In this document: positions 57,084 to 64,000 of the stretch, one piece after another
How the letters are laid out: every line of letters begins with the position of its first letter
How positions within the stretch are numbered: the first letter of the stretch is position 1
Source: an uncultured delta proteobacterium
Lineage (GTDB): Bacteria; Desulfobacterota; Binatia; Binatales; Binataceae
Direction: 5' to 3'
NCBI GenBank assembly: GCA_963724765.1
Contig: CAVRVY010000003.1
Coordinates: 1,344,001-1,408,000, forward strand
Length of the DNA stretch: 64,000 nucleotides
Program-made: the position numbers and the translations under genes
Notes under the pieces: generated by a model
Databases searched by the model: none
What the model saw: only the letters and a program-made list of their open reading frames with translations
Told to the model about the DNA's origin: nothing

Positions 57084-57583
57084 GGCTCTACATTTTGCGT
57101 CACGGAGTGGCCGAGAACGAAGCGCCCCCGGGTGGCGACGACGGTGCGCGCCGGCTGACTGCTCGCGGCCGTGAGAAAGTGCGCGAGGCGGCGGCTGGGA
57201 TGCGCGCATTGGGACTTAAGTTCGACGCTATCCTCACGAGTCCCCTGCCGCGCGCCGCTGAAACCGCGGAACTGGTCGCCACCGTCTACTCTGACGGGCC
57301 GGCGCCCGAGGTCTTCGCCCCGCTATCCACGGGTGTGGCGCCCGCCGATTCGGTTGCGGCGCTTAAGCCTTACGAACGGTACGACCACCTGATGATCGTC
57401 GGTCACGAACCGGGGCTGAGCGGAATAGTCTCGTTGTTGCTGACCGGCTCGGCTAACAGCGTGAGCTTCGACCTGAAGAAGTCGGGGATGATCGCGCTCG
57501 ATTTGCACGACGGAGTGGAGCGCGGCGAGGCGCAGTTGCTCTGGATCCTGACGCCGCGCCAGTTGCGCCGGCTGCGCAAGTGA
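57080..57583 (+). CDS. sixA: Phosphohistidine phosphatase SixA-like
   Basis: LYILRHG, RRLT..G, TSPL.RA.ETA, VGHEP; GTGA overlap with the CHAD stop. Confidence 0.92.
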   Translation: MRLYILRHGVAENEAPPGGDDGARRLTARGREKVREAAAGMRALGLKFDAILTSPLPRAAETAELVATVYSDGPAPEVFAPLSTGVAPADSVAALKPYERYDHLMIVGHEPGLSGIVSLLLTGSANSVSFDLKKSGMIALDLHDGVERGEAQLLWILTPRQLRRLRK

Positions 57584-57635
57584 CGGCGCGCGCGTTTCGC
57601 CGCACTAACTACCTATTCAGTTGCCTTTCTGACCA

Positions 57636-60467
57636 TTACTTGATGTAGAACGCTTCGGGAGCCGGGCGGTAAACGCGCGCCAGCCAGATTGGGCGCCGAA
57701 GTCCGCCGGGACCCGGCGCCGCCCGCGTCATCTCGAGCCATCGGCGATATACCTCGTGCGACTTGCGCGTGTCGACGAAGATGTCGCCGTAGCGATCCTG
57801 AGGTCCCGCCGTGGCGACCGTGACTTTCTGATGCCAGCAGTGCTGGCCACTTATCGGGTCGGGCTGCACAGGGAAGATCAGGTTCTGATGCACGCCGGCG
57901 TCCTGCCACCAGATGCGGCCCGAGTCCGGGTCGGCGCTCTTAAACGGCCGCACGCCATGCACCTGGCGCATCATCCACGTGCCCTCCTCCTTATGGCTCA
58001 GCTCGACCAGTCCGCTCGACCATCGCTCTCCGCCTTCATCCTCCTTGAGCCGCCAGCGGCCGAGATGATGCGAGCAGGCGATCACGCCCGGCCGAATCGA
58101 TTCGGTCACCCAGACCTTGTCGATGAAATAGCCAATCTCGGTCGCGACCCTCAGCAGGCCGCCGGTGTCGACGCCGAAGCGCCGCGCGTCCTGCGGATTC
58201 AGCCACAGCGGATTGCGATTGGATATTTCGTATAGCCACTTGGCATTGCCGGAGCGCGTATGTACCAGCGTCGGGAGACGAAAAGTCGGCAGCAGCAGCA
58301 TCTCGCCGCGCTCCCGATCGATATTGCTCCAGTGGACCTGGCTCCTTATGTAGGTGGGAACCGAGTACTCGGGCCATTTCCAGTCTTTCAGCGTCTTCGA
58401 ATAGAACTCCAGCTTGCGCGACGGCGTGGGAAAGCCGGCGCAGGCGCGGCCGTCGATCTCGACTCCGACCGCAGCCCCGCCGCGCGTGATGACCTTGCTC
58501 GCCGGGTCGACCGCCGCGCCTTTCAGATCGTCCGCCGAGAGCGGTTTTTCGTGAACCCGGTAGGAGCCCTCTTCGATCAGGAAGGCGCCGTACTTGCGCA
58601 TGTAGGCAAGCGGCGCGAGCCCTTCCTTGGCCGCCGCCGCGGGCAGGCCGGGCACGCTGTTCTCGAAGATCCAGCGATAGAAATCCTCGACCGTCAGCTT
58701 TTCGCCCGCGCGATACGGCGACTCGAAGTACTTGCGGATACCGAGCGCGCCGTCGGGATCGATTCTCCATGACAGCTCGATCCAGAACTCGTCCTCCTCC
58801 CAGACCTCGCCCAGGCCGGCCTCGCGATGGGCCTCGTAGGTGAAGTTGAAACGCTTGCCCGCGCGCTCCAGCGCGACCCGCGCGACCGGCTGCCGAAAGC
58901 CAATCCATCGCGCGGCGTGAGTCTCCTGGCTCAGCAGGTCATGGCGCTCCGGCCCATGGCCCATCGGCAGCACATAGTCGGCGAATTGCGCGGTCTCGCT
59001 CCAGATCGGCGTAAGACAGGCGTGCTGTTCGATTTTGCTCTCGTCGGTGAGCGCCTCGATCCAGCTCATCCCGTCGGGATTGGTCCAGACGGGATTGTAG
59101 ACGCGAGTGAAGTACGTGCTTACCTTGCCGCGGCCCTCTTTCAGAAAATGCGGGAGTAGAAAACTCATCTCGAAAAACGCGAGCGGGAACTCGCGCGGCC
59201 ACATCAGCTCGTTCCACATTCGTGACGGCGGCGGCATCATCGGCGGCGCCGGCACGAACTTGTTGGCGGAGTTGGGCGCGGTGCCGCCGGGTGCATCGAC
59301 CGCGCCCATCAGGACCACCAGCAGCTCGAGCGCGCGCGCCACCTGCCATCCGCCCAGGTTGCCCGCCGCCGCGTTACGCCAGACGTGGGTCGCGAGCGCC
59401 GCTCCGGCGCGTCCAATCTCGCGCGCGACCTCGACGATTACCTTGGCCGGCGCGCCCGACTCGCGCTCGGCGAACTCGGGTGTGTATTGGGCATAGACCT
59501 CGCCGAGGACATCCAGGAACGTGTCGAAGGTCTGCGGGCGTTCCGGATGCTCTTCGCGCAGAAACTCCTCCCAGTTGACCCATCGGCGCACGAACTCGCG
59601 GTCGTACAGCCGCTCGCGCAGGATCACCTGGCACATGGCCAGCAGCACCGCCGCCTCGCTGCCCGGCCACGTCGACAGCCACCAGTCGGCCTTGGTCGCG
59701 GTGTTCGAAAGCCGCGTATCGATCACGCAGACCCGGGCTCCGCGCTCCTTGGCCTCGATAATCCGCTGCGCGTGCGGATTGAAATAGTGGCCAGCCTCGA
59801 GGTGCGAGCTGAGCAGGAGAATGAAGCGGGCGTTGGCGTGGTCGGGCGACGGCCGATCGGCGCCGTGCCAGAACGCGTAGCCGGTGCGCGCGCCCGCCGA
59901 GCACACGTTCGTATGGCTGTTGTGCCCGTCGATTCCCCAGGCGTGCAGGATGCGCTGATTGTAAATCAGTTCATGGCCGGGGCGGCCGACGTGGTAGAGA
60001 ATCTCGTTGCGGCGGCCATCGACCAGCGCACAGCGGATTCGCCCGGCGAGATCATCGAGCGCGTCGTCCCACGTCACGCGCTCCCACTTGCCTTCGCCGC
60101 GCCGCCCCGCACGCCGCATCGGGTAGAGGATGCGCTCGGGATCGGTGACCTGGTTGATCGTCGCGGGGCCCTTGGCGCAGTTGCGGCCGCGGCTTCCCGG
60201 ATGCACCGGGTTGCCTTCGAACTTGCGGATTGTGAAGTCGCGCTTGTTGACGTATCCGAGCAGGCCACATCCGGCTTCGCAGTTGAAGCAGACGGTTGGC
60301 ACCAGCGTGTAGTGCTGCTCGACCTTGCGTGGCCACGCGGCCGGGTCGTACTCGACCCAGTCGTCCCATCGTTCGGCCGGGGGAAACGCACTCAGCCCGC
60401 CGGCCGGCGCCTCGAGTTCCATCGCCGCCGGATTGAGCGGTCTCAATTCCTCTTTTGCCGCAGCCAT
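57636..60467 (-). CDS. Molybdopterin-dependent oxidoreductase catalytic subunit (DMSO-reductase superfamily) with N-terminal 4Fe-4S cluster
   Basis: CFNCEAGC...NCAKG, RILYPMRR, SHTNVCS, SETAQFADYVLP, C-terminal Mo-bisPGD-binding domain; no twin-arginine leader. Confidence 0.93.
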   Translation of the reverse strand: MAAAKEELRPLNPAAMELEAPAGGLSAFPPAERWDDWVEYDPAAWPRKVEQHYTLVPTVCFNCEAGCGLLGYVNKRDFTIRKFEGNPVHPGSRGRNCAKGPATINQVTDPERILYPMRRAGRRGEGKWERVTWDDALDDLAGRIRCALVDGRRNEILYHVGRPGHELIYNQRILHAWGIDGHNSHTNVCSAGARTGYAFWHGADRPSPDHANARFILLLSSHLEAGHYFNPHAQRIIEAKERGARVCVIDTRLSNTATKADWWLSTWPGSEAAVLLAMCQVILRERLYDREFVRRWVNWEEFLREEHPERPQTFDTFLDVLGEVYAQYTPEFAERESGAPAKVIVEVAREIGRAGAALATHVWRNAAAGNLGGWQVARALELLVVLMGAVDAPGGTAPNSANKFVPAPPMMPPPSRMWNELMWPREFPLAFFEMSFLLPHFLKEGRGKVSTYFTRVYNPVWTNPDGMSWIEALTDESKIEQHACLTPIWSETAQFADYVLPMGHGPERHDLLSQETHAARWIGFRQPVARVALERAGKRFNFTYEAHREAGLGEVWEEDEFWIELSWRIDPDGALGIRKYFESPYRAGEKLTVEDFYRWIFENSVPGLPAAAAKEGLAPLAYMRKYGAFLIEEGSYRVHEKPLSADDLKGAAVDPASKVITRGGAAVGVEIDGRACAGFPTPSRKLEFYSKTLKDWKWPEYSVPTYIRSQVHWSNIDRERGEMLLLPTFRLPTLVHTRSGNAKWLYEISNRNPLWLNPQDARRFGVDTGGLLRVATEIGYFIDKVWVTESIRPGVIACSHHLGRWRLKEDEGGERWSSGLVELSHKEEGTWMMRQVHGVRPFKSADPDSGRIWWQDAGVHQNLIFPVQPDPISGQHCWHQKVTVATAGPQDRYGDIFVDTRKSHEVYRRWLEMTRAAPGPGGLRRPIWLARVYRPAPEAFYIK

Positions 60468-60476
60468 CGTCGGATA

Positions 60477-62006
60477 CTAACTGAGCGGCACGGCCTGGCC
60501 GGCCTCTATCCACAGGTTCTCGAAGACCCATAGTCCAAAAAGGCTGAGAATCGCGGCAACCGCCATCAGCGCTGGAACGCGCGCCGCTATTCCCAGTCCA
60601 AGCAGAACCAGCGGCAGAATTGTCCCGAACGCTACGACCACAAGCCAGAAGCGGCGGCTGAGTTCGCCGCGCGAGATAAGATCGGCGGCGCGCCGGAAGT
60701 CCTCGCTCATCGCGGGCAGTGCCAATTCCATCAGTATCATCACCAGGCCGATCGTCAACGCCACGAACAGAATGGCTGCAGGAAAATAGATCGCGAAGGG
60801 TGCGGAACCGAGTGGCACGGCGACGATGATCAACAGTGCCGCGCCGCCAATAAGTGCTTGCACCAGCAGATGCCAGATGAAAACCGGGCTCTGCCACAGA
60901 TCGCGCGCTTTGGCCTGCGCAAACAAAAACGCGGAGTAGCACGCGGAACCGATCCCAAAAACCGCAGTCGCGACAATGAGCGCGGCGGGAACCGAGCCGG
61001 CAAACCAGCCGCAGGCGAGCCACGCCGTCGCCAGCGCGCCGTAAATCATCAGGATATACGTGCCCCACACCAGCCATGAGCGAAAGTTGGGCCTGGTGAT
61101 CAAATAGTAGAAACGCCACGGCTGCTTGAGGTCGGCGATCAGCAGCACAACCGTGACGCCGAGGAAGAGTAGCGCAAGGATTGGGCTCACGATGTAGACC
61201 AGGGTCGCGTCACCGCCGCTCGGAGTCCCGAGCAGCAGCCCCGCGATCATCAGCACTCCCGCCGCGATCGACTTGGTCCAAAGATATGCGGCCGGAATCG
61301 CACCCCACGGCGCTGCGTGCGGGACGTCGTATACGATACGCGCCGAGCCGGGCGCCACGTCGTCTGCGCCATCGCCGGTAGCGGGACGGCCGTCACCGAG
61401 CGGATTGTGGTCGGCCCACATCGAGGTATGCTCGGACCGCATCATCGAGGGTTGCAGCAGGTCACCCTCGATACCGACATAAAACAGCTTGGGCTGCGTT
61501 CCCTTGTGCGGCTTGCGAGTTGCGACCTTCTGAGTTGCAACGATGTGGCTGACGCGGCTTTGCGGATCGTCGAGGTCGCCGGTCATGATCGCCTGCGTCG
61601 GACATACGACGACGCAGGCCGGCTCGAGATTGGCCTCGACGCGATGCGCGCAGAAGTTGCACTTGGCGGCGGTGCTGGTGGCTGGGTCGATGTATAGCGC
61701 GTCGTAGGGGCAGGCCTGCATGCAGGATTTGCATCCGATACAGCGGCTGTTGTCGAAATCAACGATGCCGTTGTCGCGCTTGAACAGCGCGCTGGTCGGA
61801 CAAATCTCGATGCATGGCGCCTGATCGCAATGGTTGCAGCGCATCACGCCGAAATGTCGGCTGACGTCGGGAAAGGAACCCTTCTCGATGTATTTGACCC
61901 AGGTGCGGAAGACGCCGACCGGGACCTTGTGCTCATCCTTGCAAGCGACCGTGCACGCATGGCATCCGATGCATCGGTCCTGGTCGATCACGAAGCCGTA
62001 ACGCAC
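60477..62006 (-). CDS. 4Fe-4S dicluster ferredoxin fused to an NrfD/PsrC-like membrane anchor
   Basis: CIGCHAC, CNHC..APC...CP, CIGCKSC...CP, KCNFC; then TM helices with LIADLKQPWRF and SWLVWG. Start GTG 62006 (or 62024). Confidence 0.92.
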   Translation of the reverse strand: MRYGFVIDQDRCIGCHACTVACKDEHKVPVGVFRTWVKYIEKGSFPDVSRHFGVMRCNHCDQAPCIEICPTSALFKRDNGIVDFDNSRCIGCKSCMQACPYDALYIDPATSTAAKCNFCAHRVEANLEPACVVVCPTQAIMTGDLDDPQSRVSHIVATQKVATRKPHKGTQPKLFYVGIEGDLLQPSMMRSEHTSMWADHNPLGDGRPATGDGADDVAPGSARIVYDVPHAAPWGAIPAAYLWTKSIAAGVLMIAGLLLGTPSGGDATLVYIVSPILALLFLGVTVVLLIADLKQPWRFYYLITRPNFRSWLVWGTYILMIYGALATAWLACGWFAGSVPAALIVATAVFGIGSACYSAFLFAQAKARDLWQSPVFIWHLLVQALIGGAALLIIVAVPLGSAPFAIYFPAAILFVALTIGLVMILMELALPAMSEDFRRAADLISRGELSRRFWLVVVAFGTILPLVLLGLGIAARVPALMAVAAILSLFGLWVFENLWIEAGQAVPLS

Positions 62007-62171
62007 GCGCGAGTCCCCCCGCACCCTTCAACGCAAGGTGTTGCACAAAATCGAGAATGAGACCAACTGAGAGATTTCCGTCCCGGGCGAACCCAGGCGC
62101 GAACAGCCGCGGCTCCGTCCTACTACAGGAGCGGTGAAGCGGTCAAAGACGTGTGGCCGGCGTACACGCGT

Positions 62172-63482
62172 TCACGGCTCCCAGAACGGCACTTCCGTGA
62201 TAAGGGTCAGGCCGCGGTTGGTATGCGAGCGCGCGCTCACGGTGCCGCCGTTGGTCTCGGTCAGGGCGCGCGCAATATACAGCTTCCATCCCGAAGAGCC
62301 CATTCCCTGGCGATCCTGGATCGGTCGCTCGAAGAGATGCGAGAACTGCTCCTGGCTGAGTTGCGGGCCGGTATCCTGAACCTCGATTATCACTTTGCCG
62401 CCGCTTAAGTAGGTACGCAGCACCACTTCGCCGCTTTCGGTCCGCTGAATACCGTTGCTGAGCAGGTTGGCCGCGATGCGCTCGAGGTGCAATGGATCGA
62501 GGCTGCCGCGCGGCATCCCGCCCAGCTCGGTGCGCATCCGCAACCCCTTAAGCCGCGCCTCGCGCCCGTAAACGTCCGCGACTTCCTGCACGATGACGTT
62601 GGGATCGATGATCCGCGGATGCGGCTGGAGGTTGTCCTCTTCGAGCAGGTACATATCGAGCACGTTCTTGACCAGCAGGTCCATCGCGCGCGAGGTCGAG
62701 CCGACGCGGGCGAGCAAATGAGTGGTCTCTTTTTCGCTGAGCTCGTCCTCCTCGAGCAGCGTGACCAGCCCGACCAGCGTGGCCAGCGGGTTGCGGATGT
62801 CATGGGTCATCGTGCCGACCTGACGCTCGCGGAACTTGGCCGCCGACGCCAACTGCTCCATCTGCGCGCGCAGCTTGCCCAGGTAACGGTCGAGAAACAC
62901 CGCCGTGAACCACGACAATATCAGCGCGGCGATGAAGCCCAGCCATCGGTAGACCGTGTACTGGTCGTGCGAGGGCACGGCCAGCTCGGCCGCCCCGAAC
63001 ATCGCCAGGCATCCCAGGTTGAGCATCCCTTGCCAGCGCGGTCCCCACATCACGAAGGCCGCGGTGGCGAACGGACACAGAATGATTGCTATAAAGGCCA
63101 GCTCAGGATTGTGGCCGAGCGAGGCGATTTTGATGAACAACGCAATGACGGCGACGCAGGTAGTCAGCGTCCAGGCCTTCCAGTAGCGGCGGAAACCGCT
63201 AAGCCAGGTCAGCCCGAAGAACGCCGTGACGATCGCGAACGCTGCGTACTGGTATGGGCTTATCCCATGCTGACCGACCCGCAGCATCTCTATGGCGCCA
63301 TAGGCGGCCAGGAAAAAGATCGCGATCGGCCCCGCGACCTTCAGCGTACTGATGGCCTCGGCGTCGTGATCGATCTCGAGCAGAACGCGGCGGTCAGCCG
63401 CTACCGGGCGCCGCGGACCCAGTACGATCCCCGGCTGCTCCGCGCCGGCTTCGTCTGCCGCAATGACCTGCGCTGTTGCCAT
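62172..63482 (-). CDS. Membrane sensor histidine kinase with a degenerate ATP-binding domain
   Basis: Several N-terminal TM helices; H-box THDIRNPL; N-box NLLSNG; DTG. Start chosen at ATG 63482. Confidence 0.85.
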   Translation of the reverse strand: MATAQVIAADEAGAEQPGIVLGPRRPVAADRRVLLEIDHDAEAISTLKVAGPIAIFFLAAYGAIEMLRVGQHGISPYQYAAFAIVTAFFGLTWLSGFRRYWKAWTLTTCVAVIALFIKIASLGHNPELAFIAIILCPFATAAFVMWGPRWQGMLNLGCLAMFGAAELAVPSHDQYTVYRWLGFIAALILSWFTAVFLDRYLGKLRAQMEQLASAAKFRERQVGTMTHDIRNPLATLVGLVTLLEEDELSEKETTHLLARVGSTSRAMDLLVKNVLDMYLLEEDNLQPHPRIIDPNVIVQEVADVYGREARLKGLRMRTELGGMPRGSLDPLHLERIAANLLSNGIQRTESGEVVLRTYLSGGKVIIEVQDTGPQLSQEQFSHLFERPIQDRQGMGSSGWKLYIARALTETNGGTVSARSHTNRGLTLITEVPFWEP

Positions 63483-63501
63483 AACCCCCCCCAGGGGATG
63501 C

Positions 63502-64000
63502 TCAGGCTTTAGATTTGCCGATGGCGCGACCAGCTTCAAGCGCCTCGGCCATCATTTGCAAGCCAAAATCCACTTCCGCAGCCCCCATATTCAGAGGTGG
63601 CGCCAGCCTTACCACGCGCTCGGCATTTAGCGTCCAGTTGATAATCACGCCGCGTGCCAGCGCCTCGCGCACAAAACTCTGGGCCGCCCCCGAACTCCCG
63701 AACTCTATTCCTATAAGTGCTCCAATAGCACGCACCGCTGCAACCTCCGCCGAGGCGACCCGTCGTAGCCCCTGCGCCAGTTCTTCGCCAAGCGCGCTCG
63801 CCCGCTCCCACAGCCGCTCATCGACGATGACCTCCAGTGCCGCGAGCCCCGCCGCACACGACATCGGATGACCGCCGAAGGTCGTGATGTGGCCGAGCGG
63901 CGGATCGCGGGCGAGTTCTCCGATCAGCCGATCGGAACCGCAAAACGCGCCCAACGGCAAACCGCCGCCCAACGCCTTGGCCATCACCACCAGGTCGGGC
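63502..64000 (-). CDS. Class III PLP aminotransferase (ArgD-like), C-terminal part; 5' end outside the window
   Basis: PDLVVMAKALGGGLPLGA, HITTFGGHP, VRLAPPL. Confidence 0.9.
   Translation of the reverse strand, partial: PDLVVMAKALGGGLPLGAFCGSDRLIGELARDPPLGHITTFGGHPMSCAAGLAALEVIVDERLWERASALGEELAQGLRRVASAEVAAVRAIGALIGIEFGSSGAAQSFVREALARGVIINWTLNAERVVRLAPPLNMGAAEVDFGLQMMAEALEAGRAIGKSKA

Noticed and set aside
62025-62170. Moco riboswitch upstream of the molybdoenzyme operon
   Set aside because: Only a short CCTGGGT and a GAAA match; the other conserved elements are not recognisable. An Infernal/Rfam search would settle it.
1-64000. CRISPR arrays, tRNA/rRNA genes, IS elements, integrases, prophage or defence genes, selenocysteine recoding
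   Set aside because: No regularly spaced repeat-spacer array, cloverleaf, transposase/recombinase motif or in-frame TGA in the redox enzymes was found by inspection.

Overview
GC-rich bacterial chromosomal window with no rRNA, tRNA, CRISPR array, transposase or integrase that I can recognise. The gene content (several luciferase-like monooxygenases, SDRs, an amidohydrolase_2, a cyclase, a double MaoC protein, a small secreted protein ending in DPRLK) suggests a Candidatus Binatota-like organism; this is inference. From left to right: (1) 5' part of a Wzy-dependent exopolysaccharide/glycosylation cluster on the minus strand (small exported protein, Wza, Wzc, O-antigen-ligase-TPR fusion, two GT4, one GT2, a partial membrane protein); (2) a fused ETF beta-alpha gene and a BtuFCD/Fec-type ABC importer; (3) a patchwork catabolic region (EthD, SDRs, amidohydrolase, ureidoglycolate-lyase-like protein, two LLMs) with three decayed gene remnants that are missing or misread in the ORF track; (4) an atypical CLC-CBS transporter, a single-domain response regulator and an ArsR-SRPBCC-transglutaminase operon with a visible operator; (5) a SagB-like nitroreductase, pcp, rhodanese, pyrD, thyX, UDG, an RRM protein, a small basic coiled-coil/wHTH-like protein, mtnA, a Dpp-type ABC system, a macrodomain protein and tandem EmrB-like MFS genes; (6) a tightly overlapped ppx - TMPK-like x2 - CHAD - sixA operon; (7) a Tat-less molybdoenzyme with a ferredoxin-NrfD fusion, a histidine kinase with a degenerate ATP lid and a partial class III aminotransferase. 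The best candidate for an under-described system is the polyphosphate operon, in which two thymidylate-kinase-fold paralogues (one with a Walker A Lys-to-Arg change) sit where a polyphosphate kinase might be expected.
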